Position numbers and translations under genes: made by a program. A DNA stretch of 64,000 bases, from assembly GCA_963759805.1 (NCBI GenBank), contig CAVXAT010000011.1, forward strand, positions 32,001 to 96,000, written 5' to 3'. Each line of letters opens with the position of its first letter. The first letter of the stretch is position 1. The notes beneath the pieces are model-generated. The model was not told the DNA's origin. It did no database searches and worked only from the letters and a program-made list of their open reading frames with translations. Shown here one piece after another: positions 41,357 to 51,500 of this stretch. The DNA comes from an uncultured bacterium (GTDB taxonomy: Bacteria; Babelota; Babeliae; Babelales; RVW-14).

Positions 41357-43699
41357 ATGGAACACAAAAAAAAGGACTCTGTCGATGAAAGCATACCACA
41401 AGTAATTCCGATAATCCCAACAATAGATGTGGTTGTTTTTCCTCATATGGTCGTTCCACTGCTAGTTTTGGATGAGAAGATAATAAATGGGGTCAATTTG
41501 GCGCAGGAGGATTCCAAGAAAGTTCTTTTGCTTGCAGCGCATCAACCGTCGCAAGGCTATACCGGCCCAATCGGAATCCAAGATCTTTATAGCGTTGGAA
41601 CAGTTGGTAATATCATGAGAATCATGGATTTACCCGAAGGAGGAATTAAAGTTTTAGTACAAGGGGTTGCAAAGGTACGAGTAGAAGATATACTCGCAGA
41701 CAATGATATGCTACAAGCTCAGATCACAAAATTCAGCTCAAAGCCAATCGCTTTCAATAAAACAAAAGCAGAATCTCAATTAAAAGATATTTTGAAGTCG
41801 CTTGAGAAACTTTGCGCACGAGGTCAATTAATAGGATTGGATTTTCATTCCATAACCTCCCAAATTCAGGATCTTGAACATGCAGCCGACTTCATCCTTT
41901 CGCATCTTAATGTCGATGTAAATAGGGCTCAAGAACTCCTTGAGATGAGTAACTTAAATGATATGCTAACTGGAATAGAAAATTATTTAAATAATGAGGT
42001 GGAGGTCACGGGAGTCCAAGAAAAAATACAAAGCGATGCACGTGAATCAATCAATAAATCACAACGGGAGTATTATTTACGGGAGCAACTCAAAGCAATT
42101 CAAAAGGAGCTGGGAGACGATCCCGAAAATGAAATTGATAATCTGAAAAAAATAATAAACGAAAAAAATATACCTGAAGACGTAAAAGCCGAAGCTGTAA
42201 GACAGATACGCAGGCTTGAAAAAACGTCGCCTGATTCAATGGAAGCAACTGTCATCCGAAACCATCTTGAATGGCTTCTAGAAATTCCATGGGGCGTATT
42301 TACCAAAGACAACTGTGATATAAACAAGGCCAAAGAAGTCTTGGATTCTAACCACTTTGGACTTGAGGAAACCAAGGAGCGTATTCTTGATTTTCTTTCA
42401 ATAAAATTTTTAAAAGACGATTGTCCAACACCAATTTTATGTTTATTTGGGCCTCCGGGCGTAGGTAAAACTTCCTTGGGCTTTTCAATAGCTAAAAGTT
42501 TGAGCAGAAAATATGCGCGAATTTCGCTTGGCGGCGTTTATGATGAGTGCGAAATTCGCGGTCACCGTAGAACTTACGTAGGAGCCTTGCCGGGTAGATT
42601 TATTCAGGCAATTCGCAAGTCAGGCTCATGCAATCCTGTTTTGGTTATCGATGAAATTGACAAAATTGGCACATCCAACAGGGGTGATCCTTCTGCCGCA
42701 TTGCTTGAGGTTTTGGATCCGGAGCAAAATAGTACATTTTATGACAATTATCTGGGCGTAAACTTTGACATGTCAAAGGTCATGTTTATCACAACAGCCA
42801 ACGACCTTTCAACAATTCCGGGGCCACTACGCGATCGTATGGAAATAATCCAAATTGCAGGTTATGTGCAAGAGGAAAAAATTGAGATAGCTCATCGTCA
42901 TTTAATGCCAAAAGCGCTGAAAGAATCAGGCCTTGACGGAAAGGGCCTTGATCTTGGTAAAAATGTTTTGGGCACAATAGTAAACCATTATACAAGAGAA
43001 TCAGGAGTGCGAGATCTTGAGCGAAATATCAAAAAGCTCTGTTCAAAATACGCTCGTGCACTTGTTGAAGGTAATAAAAAGCTTAAATTCTCAAGCGATA
43101 ATTTACATGAATATCTAGGCCCACGAAAGACCCCTGAAGAGACATTTGGACATTCTAACAAGATTGGGGTGACAAACGGCCTTGCGTGGACGCCTTACGG
43201 CGGTGAGGTTTTGCAGATAGAAGCCGTTTTAATGAAAGGAACGGGAAAATTACTTCTTACCGGTCAACTTGGTGATGTGATGAAAGAATCAGCGCAGGCG
43301 GCAGTAACATATGCAAAAGCACATGCCGACAATTTCGACATCAAGCCAGAACGTTTTACGGAGTATGATTTACATATTCATATTCCAGCAGGAGCTATTC
43401 CCAAAGATGGCCCTTCTGCAGGCGTCACACTGCTATCATCAATTCTGTCAGTTCTTACAGACAGAGCTATCAATGGAACATACGCAATGACCGGTGAAAT
43501 TAATTTACAAGGCATAGTACTTCCAATCGGGGGATTAAAGGAGAAAATACTGGCCGCAAAACAAAATGGTCTTAAAAACATAATTATCCCTAAACAAAAC
43601 GAAAGGGATCTAGTCGGATTAGATAAGCTATTTAAAGGATTAAAACTTTATTTTGTTGATGACGTAAGAGAGGTGCTAACCCACGTCTTAATTAAGTAA
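41357..43699 (+). CDS. lon: Lon protease
   Basis: GPPGVGKTS, RGHRRTYVGA, PKDGPSAG and GGLKEK motifs. Confidence 0.97.
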   Translation: MEHKKKDSVDESIPQVIPIIPTIDVVVFPHMVVPLLVLDEKIINGVNLAQEDSKKVLLLAAHQPSQGYTGPIGIQDLYSVGTVGNIMRIMDLPEGGIKVLVQGVAKVRVEDILADNDMLQAQITKFSSKPIAFNKTKAESQLKDILKSLEKLCARGQLIGLDFHSITSQIQDLEHAADFILSHLNVDVNRAQELLEMSNLNDMLTGIENYLNNEVEVTGVQEKIQSDARESINKSQREYYLREQLKAIQKELGDDPENEIDNLKKIINEKNIPEDVKAEAVRQIRRLEKTSPDSMEATVIRNHLEWLLEIPWGVFTKDNCDINKAKEVLDSNHFGLEETKERILDFLSIKFLKDDCPTPILCLFGPPGVGKTSLGFSIAKSLSRKYARISLGGVYDECEIRGHRRTYVGALPGRFIQAIRKSGSCNPVLVIDEIDKIGTSNRGDPSAALLEVLDPEQNSTFYDNYLGVNFDMSKVMFITTANDLSTIPGPLRDRMEIIQIAGYVQEEKIEIAHRHLMPKALKESGLDGKGLDLGKNVLGTIVNHYTRESGVRDLERNIKKLCSKYARALVEGNKKLKFSSDNLHEYLGPRKTPEETFGHSNKIGVTNGLAWTPYGGEVLQIEAVLMKGTGKLLLTGQLGDVMKESAQAAVTYAKAHADNFDIKPERFTEYDLHIHIPAGAIPKDGPSAGVTLLSSILSVLTDRAINGTYAMTGEINLQGIVLPIGGLKEKILAAKQNGLKNIIIPKQNERDLVGLDKLFKGLKLYFVDDVREVLTHVLIK

Positions 43700-43886
43700 A
43701 ATATTAAATTGCGATAAATAACTATATCTCCAGCCACATCATCCCCAACTAAATTACAAGTTTAGCTTGGGGATGATTATTTTTGATCAGAACATAAATA
43801 ACAACAACTCGCCAACCCGAATTGTGTAGCCCCGGCAGAAAAAAGCGCTGGGGCTTTTTAATGTTCAATTGAGAGAATGATATATT

Positions 43887-44423
43887 TTAATCCTCGTTCT
43901 TACCCGCGCCAATCCCCTTTAAATCCTGTAAATTCACCTCAATCACGCGCAAGTAATACTTTAAAGCCTTTAGTTGTTTCGATGGAATACTATCCCTAGA
44001 ACAGGATTTTATCTCAGCAATGTGTTTTTTCAGCTTAGATTTTTCATTATGCATGGCCCTAACAAGAGCTTGAAGTGTCTCCGGATTTATATCACAAGCC
44101 TCTTTTGGTCTTGAATATCGTAAATATTCAAGATATTTAACCTTCTCGCAAGCCTCAATCAGATTAAGCATATTTTTGAAATCATAGGTAAGCAAGCTAG
44201 CCATATCGTCATTTCTATCAGCCGTTGGTCCATCAGCTTTTGGTTCATCAGTTTTTGGAATATTAATATCTTTAAAATCAAGCCTAAATTGATTGTGAGC
44301 CCCATCAGACTCAGGATTGGACGTATTTGGTAAATATTTATTGCAAGCCACCTGTACCCCTTTGAGCACAAGAATGGCCACCGTAAAATAAAAACAAATT
44401 TTAATAATTCTGCCAGCATTCAT
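43887..44423 (-). CDS. Hypothetical protein with N-terminal membrane anchor or signal
   Basis: 178-aa ORF with hydrophobic N-terminus. Confidence 0.65.
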   Translation of the reverse strand: MNAGRIIKICFYFTVAILVLKGVQVACNKYLPNTSNPESDGAHNQFRLDFKDINIPKTDEPKADGPTADRNDDMASLLTYDFKNMLNLIEACEKVKYLEYLRYSRPKEACDINPETLQALVRAMHNEKSKLKKHIAEIKSCSRDSIPSKQLKALKYYLRVIEVNLQDLKGIGAGKNED

Positions 44424-44558
44424 GTTTTACTCTTCATGTGTTTGTTTTTGTGTTTGTTTTTTTGGCTTTCACCCTATCATTTATAATTGTAAATAAACCG
44501 GAAGCAAAAAACAATAGATTCAATAAATACGTTTAAGCTTAAAAATCCAAATAAACAA

Positions 44559-45105
44559 GTGAATCGCACCGGCTTAAAAGCGCGGTGCTTCTACCTTATT
44601 GATTTTTTATGTACTCTCTAACTTTATTCACATTTACCTCACCAACCGTCTCAGCAAAATATCCATCTGACCAGAAGCTGTCACCCCATAAGAACTCTTC
44701 AAGCTCCGGAAACTCTTCCCTAATTACTTTGCTGCTTCCACCCTTTAACAACTGAACTGCATAGCTTACACTTATATTTTGTTTTAACTGAATTAGCATA
44801 TGCACGTGATCTTCTTGAATGCTTAGCTCTTTAACTTCCCATTTATTAACGTCTGCGCACTGTAAAAACAACTCCTTCAGTCGCTCCGCGACCTTTCCCT
44901 TCAATACTCTTTTTCTATACTTGGGAATCCATACTATATGATACATTAGCCTGTGTTTCGTATGCGCACCTGTCCAATACTTTTCCATGTATCATAGTAT
45001 GCCATTTCCAGTGGCTCTTCGCAAAATTTAGTAAACTAATTTTGCTTCGCGCCAGCGGTGAGCTTTCATCCCCAGGCTTGAAAGACCTGGGGGTTTCAGC
45101 TCTTT
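44559..45105 (-). mobile_element. IS200-type element (tnpA only) with subterminal hairpins; ends approximate
   Basis: Hairpins GCACCG..CGGTGC (about 44566-44588) and CCCCAGG..CCTGGGG (about 45070-45092) flank tnpA. Confidence 0.75.
44596..44988 (-). CDS. tnpA: IS200/IS605 family HUH (Y1) transposase
   Basis: YHIVWIPKYRK, DHVH, LKGGSS, FWSDGYF and YIKNQ motifs. Confidence 0.96.
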   Translation of the reverse strand: MEKYWTGAHTKHRLMYHIVWIPKYRKRVLKGKVAERLKELFLQCADVNKWEVKELSIQEDHVHMLIQLKQNISVSYAVQLLKGGSSKVIREEFPELEEFLWGDSFWSDGYFAETVGEVNVNKVREYIKNQ

Positions 45106-45255
45106 TACTAAATTAAATATAAAAACTATTATGCAAACCTAAGTGGGGGGCATTTGGACTTTGTAAATAATTTTGGTATAACGATATAACAATGAAAAGC
45201 TATTTTGACAGATAATAAGAATTTTCCCTAGAATAAATTGCGATAAACTTAAAAA

Positions 45256-46938
45256 ATGACATTTTTAGTGCTTTTATTTGGCTGTATTTTCACGATTTTA
45301 TCAATTTTGATCCTTTCATACATCTCAATTGCAACGATATTAGGCCCTTGGATTGCCCCAACTATCGTACTTTTCAGTATGGGTATATCTAAAACATTGT
45401 CAGGAATAAGGCAAAAATCGTTTTCTTTGCAGGATATCATAAAAATACAGGCAATAGCTGCCGGCGGCGGAATCATTGCAACAGCAATAGGTTTTTCGCT
45501 CCCTATCATCTTTTTCTTAGAAAATGAGACATTTGTGCATTGGATGAGTCATCCCTTTTATTTCTGCTGCATGATAGGGACCATATGCCTTGCCGGAGGA
45601 GCACTTGGACTGTGTACGGCACGCATATTTTCAAAAACAGTTATAAAAAAAAAATCGCTCTCATTCCCCGTAAGCCAACTAACATTTCAAATCGCATCCA
45701 CCACTAAAAATAAGAAATCCGACGCTAAAGCTCTATTCTATGGCATTGCAGGCACATTAGGAATTCTTGTTTTGCGCGATGGAATTGGAAAATGGAAGGG
45801 CTTAATTCCTAAATATTTCCCGGTACTTCAATCTGTATTTGCAAACGAATTTTCATTTTCCATCCGCCCAATGCTCTGGGCAATAGGATACTCAACTGGG
45901 CTACAGACCCTCATCCCGCTACTGATAGGGCTAGTATCAAAATATCTGATTCTTTACCCTCTAAATTATCACTCCAGATATCTACCCTTTAGCCTGTTTG
46001 AACCATATACACCAATCCAGTTCGCATTTGCCTTCTGCTGCGGAATTTTGCTTTATGAAATTTTTCATATCATCCCCCGTTATGACGAAATTATCTCACA
46101 AATTAAACTATTTTATCTTTGGGCTAAAAGTAGGCCATCGAGCTTATTAAAAAATATATTAACGCATAAAATCAAGACCAAACCTGACCTTCCATTTATT
46201 TCAAAAATTATCATGTACGTAGAACCTATAATTACTGTAGTCCTGGCATCTATACTGCTTGGATACTTCCAATTCCCAATTTTGGCACAAATATCATTAA
46301 TCATATTCTGTGTAATAGGCACATACCAAATTTGCCTGATAAGTGGAAAAATTGGACTTGTACAATTTGGACGCTTCTCAACCCTTGTAACTTTACCAAT
46401 GTATATTTTATTTAATCTAAACTTCGTACAGGTAACGATTGTGTGCATATTTTTCAACGTATGCGCAGCTGTTGCCTCAGATGTACTCTTCGATTACAAA
46501 ACAGGATCATTGTGCAGTATTACACAGACCAAAATGCATAGATATCAGTGGCTAGGCCTATTTGTAACGGCATTAAGCGCCGGAGTGATTTTTTGGCTTC
46601 TTTTTACTTATCTAAAAATAGGATCCCCGGATCTTTTTGCGCAGAGGGCTCAGGCAAAGGCTGCAATAATTCAAACATTTAAGTTTGATAAGTACATCGT
46701 TGCAGTAGGCTTTATATTCGCATTTATACTTAAAAAATTTAACGTAAGTCCTGCAATGACATTTGGTGGAATTTTAATGCCTAATGACATGACATTTGCT
46801 CTGATTATAGGCGGACTAGTCTCTCATCTTACAAAGCACGAAAATAACAACTCCCTGAAAGACTTCTTTTGTGCCGGGGTATTCTCAAGCGAATCAATCT
46901 GGGTCTTTATAAAAATTATATTTAAGATATTTGTTTAA
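45256..46938 (+). CDS. OPT-superfamily-like membrane transporter
   Basis: Many TM helices; L.FP and D.LFDYKTG motifs typical of the OPT family. Confidence 0.7.
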   Translation: MTFLVLLFGCIFTILSILILSYISIATILGPWIAPTIVLFSMGISKTLSGIRQKSFSLQDIIKIQAIAAGGGIIATAIGFSLPIIFFLENETFVHWMSHPFYFCCMIGTICLAGGALGLCTARIFSKTVIKKKSLSFPVSQLTFQIASTTKNKKSDAKALFYGIAGTLGILVLRDGIGKWKGLIPKYFPVLQSVFANEFSFSIRPMLWAIGYSTGLQTLIPLLIGLVSKYLILYPLNYHSRYLPFSLFEPYTPIQFAFAFCCGILLYEIFHIIPRYDEIISQIKLFYLWAKSRPSSLLKNILTHKIKTKPDLPFISKIIMYVEPIITVVLASILLGYFQFPILAQISLIIFCVIGTYQICLISGKIGLVQFGRFSTLVTLPMYILFNLNFVQVTIVCIFFNVCAAVASDVLFDYKTGSLCSITQTKMHRYQWLGLFVTALSAGVIFWLLFTYLKIGSPDLFAQRAQAKAAIIQTFKFDKYIVAVGFIFAFILKKFNVSPAMTFGGILMPNDMTFALIIGGLVSHLTKHENNNSLKDFFCAGVFSSESIWVFIKIIFKIFV

Positions 46939-47129
46939 AAAACCCAAAAACCCCGTTTTTATATAAAATCGCAGGTAGAAAACTTATTAAAAGTTTAAAA
47001 ATACCCTATTTTTGCACTTTGAATAGATAATTTGACTATCTGCATGAATATTGTAATCTGAAAGTCAATATCGTGAAGAATAGAAAGACTGTGTATTGTA
47101 TATTATTTACTTAGGACGGGGGTTATATC

Positions 47130-47813
47130 ATGATCTCAACAAAACTTAGAGTCAAAGAGTATTTAAGAGAACGTCGTTGGACGACCAAGGTTCTGGCTGA
47201 AAAGACCGGAATGTCGGAAAGTTATCTAACCCACATAAAAAATGGGACGCGTCGCTGGAATGAGGATGCACTTAAAAAGTTAGCTGAAGCTTTTGAAGTT
47301 GATGCTACAGATCTTTTTGAGACCTCAACCCAAAGTCGTAAAGATCTTCCTGTAAACATTCAAATTCCAGACGAAATTAAAAATCAACTTTCAAACTACA
47401 CTTTAAAATTAAAAATTGTTCCGGTTGTGGGACAAATTCCATCTCAACCATCAGCTTATAATAATCAATTACTTCAAGTTTCTTCCGGATACAAAGATCA
47501 ATTTGTAACAGTTATCGGCAGTGACGATGAAAACATGTTCTGCTTAGCTGTCGATGATAACGGCATGGCACCCAACTTTGTAAAAGGTGACTTGCTGGTT
47601 GTTTCTCCGGCTACCTGGACAAACTCCGGTGATATCGTTGCGGTTGAATATGGAACAGACACTCCAACCAGAGCGATCATGCAGGTAAATTTCATGGAAG
47701 ATTTGGTTGTGCTTGAAGCTGTCAATCACAAAAAGGCACCGATTGCCCTCTCAAGAGGCAAAGATCAGTTTCGAATTATTGGTAAAGTTATTCACAGATT
47801 CCAAAAAATATAA
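47130..47813 (+). CDS. XRE HTH plus S24-like (LexA/CI-type) transcriptional regulator
   Basis: LAEKTGMSESYLTHIKNG HTH; VPVVG, MAP.F.KGD and IIGKV in the C-terminal domain. Confidence 0.85.
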   Translation: MISTKLRVKEYLRERRWTTKVLAEKTGMSESYLTHIKNGTRRWNEDALKKLAEAFEVDATDLFETSTQSRKDLPVNIQIPDEIKNQLSNYTLKLKIVPVVGQIPSQPSAYNNQLLQVSSGYKDQFVTVIGSDDENMFCLAVDDNGMAPNFVKGDLLVVSPATWTNSGDIVAVEYGTDTPTRAIMQVNFMEDLVVLEAVNHKKAPIALSRGKDQFRIIGKVIHRFQKI

Positions 47814-47871
47814 TATCCTTACTCCCCCGAGTAGGAAAATTTTTATGGCGGAAAATGGAGGAAAAATTTTT

Positions 47872-48693
47872 ATGAAAAAAAATCAAAAGATAGTATTGCT
47901 ATCGCTGATATTTGGAATTTTTGGAATTTTAAATTCGGATGTCTTAGCATACGGCCAAGAATCTTACCAATCCAAGTTTTCAAACTTTCTTGGCGAAGAT
48001 GTGCAAGAAGAGTTACAAATGGCCCCTGCACCTGAAGCACAACAACTGGACCCTGTTCAGGAAGAGCTGGTAGCTGAGCATTTAGACCAGATCCCTGACT
48101 TAAATATGCAAAATCCGGACGATATAATAACTGCAATAGTAGGAATTATGGCGATACATCCAGATGAACAAAACGAAGCAGTACTTTTACAAAATATACA
48201 AGCAACCCTTGCTGCAATTGACATGAACAACATAGATGTTGTTGATCCAAATACTGGAATGACGGCCCTACATAAAGCCATTCAAACGGAACAGCTAAAA
48301 TTAGTGCAAATTATTGTTGCATTGGGAGCAGATGTAAATGCTCAAATCGCATTCCCAGGCGACGACCAAATACAAGCAAACCCAGAGCTGGAATCTATAA
48401 TTGATTTTACGCCATTACATTTGGCAATTAAAAGTGGTCGAGCAGATGTTGCTCTGCTTTTAGCTCAAAATCCTAATGTTGATCTTGAAATAGAAGCCAA
48501 CAATTTTCTGCTAAGTCCTATATATAGAAGTATTATTAGCTTTGCACAAGAGTATGGCTCACCAGCAATTGCCGGCATACTTCGACAGGCATATGCAAGA
48601 AGGGGAATTCAGTATGACAGAATCATGGAGCCTGTGAATGATGACGACCAAGGCCCTGCAACCCCAAGAAAACTTGATTTTGATCAAATTTAA
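47872..48693 (+). CDS. Secreted ankyrin-repeat protein
   Basis: GMTALHKA...GADVNA and FTPLHLA; signal peptide; GGAGG upstream. Confidence 0.88.
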   Translation: MKKNQKIVLLSLIFGIFGILNSDVLAYGQESYQSKFSNFLGEDVQEELQMAPAPEAQQLDPVQEELVAEHLDQIPDLNMQNPDDIITAIVGIMAIHPDEQNEAVLLQNIQATLAAIDMNNIDVVDPNTGMTALHKAIQTEQLKLVQIIVALGADVNAQIAFPGDDQIQANPELESIIDFTPLHLAIKSGRADVALLLAQNPNVDLEIEANNFLLSPIYRSIISFAQEYGSPAIAGILRQAYARRGIQYDRIMEPVNDDDQGPATPRKLDFDQI

Positions 48694-48733
48694 CCAATAG
48701 ACTATTTAAACTATTTAAAATGGAGAACCTTTT

Positions 48734-49564
48734 ATGAAAAACATAACTAAAATACTATTAACAGGATTTATCGCAGGATGCGGCGTTGCAAACATATTTG
48801 CAATGAAAGTAGATGAGACAAAAGAGGTGAAAGTCCCTGAGGTAGCGGCTGCCACTGCTGCTGCACCAAACACTACTGAATTTCACATGCTAATTCCTAT
48901 CACAGAAGATTTAGACATTTTGTCAGCATCAACTGATGAAGTATTGCGAAATATTTTAGCACGGCATGTTGGAAGTTATTTCGCAGAAAGTTATTTAAAC
49001 AACGTATTTAATCAAGGCATACTTCTTAAAAAACTCGAACTAGCAATCAATAGACTAAAAGAACTAAGATTTGTAAAGCACAGATTCGCAATTTTTTTAA
49101 CACACCAAGAGATGATAAATATTTTAATAGAAGCAAATATAGTTAGATATGCCAATCAATATAATCCTGATATAGGAGAGACACTGCTGCACAGAGCCTT
49201 ACGTATTGGAAAATTTGATTTAGCCAAATTTTTAATTGAAGCAGAGGTAAATATTAATTCTCCAACTCGCGCCCCAATAGATCCAAAAATTCTTAGGCGT
49301 TTTCCTGTTGGGACAACTTCTTTGCATATGGCATCCAGAGCAGGACGCCCTGAACTGGTAAGATTATTGACAGAACGTGGAGCAGATGTCACGGCAGCAA
49401 CCTCTAGTCCCTATCGACACTTAGATAATCTCACAGCGTTGGATTATGCAAGAAATGCTGATTGCACAAAGATAATTGCCATTCTTGAAGGAGCATATAC
49501 TGCAAGTAAATCTCCTATTCCTAGCGATGAAAATAGCGATATCCCTAATTTTAGCCTTGGATAA
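48734..49564 (+). CDS. Secreted ankyrin-repeat protein, degenerate F-box-like region
   Basis: GETLLHRA, GTTSLHMA and TALDYA; paralog of 49604-50485. Confidence 0.88.
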   Translation: MKNITKILLTGFIAGCGVANIFAMKVDETKEVKVPEVAAATAAAPNTTEFHMLIPITEDLDILSASTDEVLRNILARHVGSYFAESYLNNVFNQGILLKKLELAINRLKELRFVKHRFAIFLTHQEMINILIEANIVRYANQYNPDIGETLLHRALRIGKFDLAKFLIEAEVNINSPTRAPIDPKILRRFPVGTTSLHMASRAGRPELVRLLTERGADVTAATSSPYRHLDNLTALDYARNADCTKIIAILEGAYTASKSPIPSDENSDIPNFSLG

Positions 49565-49603
49565 GCCAATATAAAAACCAATACAAAAATAAAGACATTT
49601 ATT

Positions 49604-50485
49604 ATGAAAAACATTAATAAAATACTATTAACAGGATTTATTGTAGGATGCTCTGTTGCAAGCATATTTGCAATGAAAATAGATGAGGTAAAAGGAACGC
49701 AAGCCCATGAGACAGCGGCCGCATCTGCCGCTGCTAAAGCACCAAGCGCTACTGACGTTCACGTACTGATGCCTATCGCAGGAAATTTAGGCTATTTGTC
49801 AACACTACCAGATGAACTGATAGTAAAAATTTTGGTTCATTCTATTGAAGAAATCAATCTTGCAATATTAGAGCTAAAAAGACTAAGACTTGTAAACAAA
49901 ACATTCAAAAATTTTTTATCAGATCAAGAAATCGCAAAGATTTTGGGATTTAAAAATCTTGAAAATATAGTTATATATGCTAACCAAATCAACCCTGATA
50001 AGGGAGAAACTCTACTGCACAAAGCCATACGTACTAGGAAATTTGCATTAGCCAAATTTTTAATTGAAGCAGGGGTAAATATTAATGCTCCAACGATATC
50101 CCCCAGAGACCCAAAACTTCTTAAGCGTTTCCCAGTTGGGACAACTTCTTTGCATATGGCAGTCAGAAAAGGACCGCCGCAACTTGTAAGATTATTGATA
50201 GAGCGTGGGGCAGATGTCACTGCAGTCTGCCACAGCGATTATCCACGAGAGAACAACATCACCGCTTTGGATTATGCAATAAGAGCCAATCGACAAGACA
50301 TTATTGCCATTCTTGCCGAAGGATATAAGGCAATGGGCTTGACTATGCCTGCTGCTACCGCAGTTGCGCACCCTCATGTCCCAAGACCGCTAAATTTTGA
50401 TAGAACAGAAGACGAAAATAACGCAGGCGATGGTAATTTCGCAATTCCACCTGCACCAAAGCGTCACGAGCCTTCGGCCCAATAA
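49604..50485 (+). CDS. Secreted F-box plus ankyrin-repeat protein
   Basis: LSTLPDELIVKIL...LRLVNKTF followed by ankyrin repeats. Confidence 0.85.
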   Translation: MKNINKILLTGFIVGCSVASIFAMKIDEVKGTQAHETAAASAAAKAPSATDVHVLMPIAGNLGYLSTLPDELIVKILVHSIEEINLAILELKRLRLVNKTFKNFLSDQEIAKILGFKNLENIVIYANQINPDKGETLLHKAIRTRKFALAKFLIEAGVNINAPTISPRDPKLLKRFPVGTTSLHMAVRKGPPQLVRLLIERGADVTAVCHSDYPRENNITALDYAIRANRQDIIAILAEGYKAMGLTMPAATAVAHPHVPRPLNFDRTEDENNAGDGNFAIPPAPKRHEPSAQ

Positions 50486-50698
50486 TTTCAAAATATTAAT
50501 ATAGTATTTGTGGGGCTATTGCAGCTATGCGGTAGCCCATTTTTACCGTTATTTTTTGTTGCATAAACGCCTATTTTTGCTATTCTAAAAATAGTTCTTT
50601 GTATTTTTTAAGGGTTCCATTTGCAGCCACGCAGCTGGTTGCTATCTCCCCTTAACAGAATGGTTGTATGTTCAAATTATTTTTAGTTGGGAGAACCT

Positions 50699-51151
50699 AT
50701 GTTACGCTATGAAACATTATTCTTAGCAAGTACAGAAATTACCGATGATGAATTATCATCAATCGAGCGTTATCTGGACAAAGAGCTTGCAAACGTAAAA
50801 GGCAAGCTTTCAGTTTTCGATAAATGGGGAAAATATCGCCTCGCTTATCCGGTCAAAAAAAGTGATTACGGAGTTTATATCCTCGCTCGCTATGAGATTG
50901 CAGACAATGCAGGGGTTACTAACTTTGTAAAAGAGCTTGATTCTTTCATCAAAATCAAATGTGATGAATTTATTCTGCGCTACTCCACTGTCAAGCTTCC
51001 TAACAATGCACCATCGGCATACATTAAGCCTGATCCAATCGATTCCGGAAGAGTGACTAACGTTGATAAATTCGTAAAAGAGCACAAGATGGAAGGTCTG
51101 CTGGGTAGCGACTTTGAAAGTAAAGATATTGATGTTGAGAATAACGAATAA
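50699..51151 (+). CDS. rpsF: 30S ribosomal protein S6
   Basis: RYET and WGKYRLAYPVKK motifs; upstream of rpsR. Confidence 0.93.
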   Translation: MLRYETLFLASTEITDDELSSIERYLDKELANVKGKLSVFDKWGKYRLAYPVKKSDYGVYILARYEIADNAGVTNFVKELDSFIKIKCDEFILRYSTVKLPNNAPSAYIKPDPIDSGRVTNVDKFVKEHKMEGLLGSDFESKDIDVENNE

Positions 51152-51166
51152 AGCAAGGATTAACTC

Positions 51167-51451
51167 ATGGCAAAACATAAATTAAAGATAAGCACTCGCT
51201 TATTAAGTAAAAAAGTAAGAAAATCCGCTTACTTATCTCAAAAACATTGCCGTTTTTGTGCAATACCTGAGCAGGAGGCATTAATAGATTACAAGAACGT
51301 AAACCTTCTCAGAGGATTTTTAACAGAACGTTACAAAATACTTCCTTCAAGAGTTTCAGGAAACTGCTTCTATCATCAAAGAACTCTTTCCAAACAGATC
51401 AAACTTGCTCGTACAATGGCATTGCTGCCATTTTGTGCTATCAATAGATAA
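51167..51451 (+). CDS. rpsR: 30S ribosomal protein S18
   Basis: CRFC, IDYKNV.LL, KILPSR.SG and AR.MALLPF motifs. Confidence 0.95.
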   Translation: MAKHKLKISTRLLSKKVRKSAYLSQKHCRFCAIPEQEALIDYKNVNLLRGFLTERYKILPSRVSGNCFYHQRTLSKQIKLARTMALLPFCAINR

Positions 51452-51458
51452 CTATTTA

Positions 51459-51500
51459 ACAAAGAAAGTTAGCTTTTTGGTTAACTTTCTTTGTTTTTTA
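51459..51500 (+). terminator. Terminator after rpsR
   Basis: ACAAAGAAAGTTA...TAACTTTCTTTGT followed by a T-tract. Confidence 0.65.

Noticed and set aside
45070..45080. CCCAGGCTT shared by the IS200 hairpin and the start of the truA B copy
   Set aside because: A 9-bp match not present in the other B copies; likely chance.
47130..50485. Prophage suggested by the CI-like repressor
   Set aside because: No integrase, structural or replication phage genes nearby.
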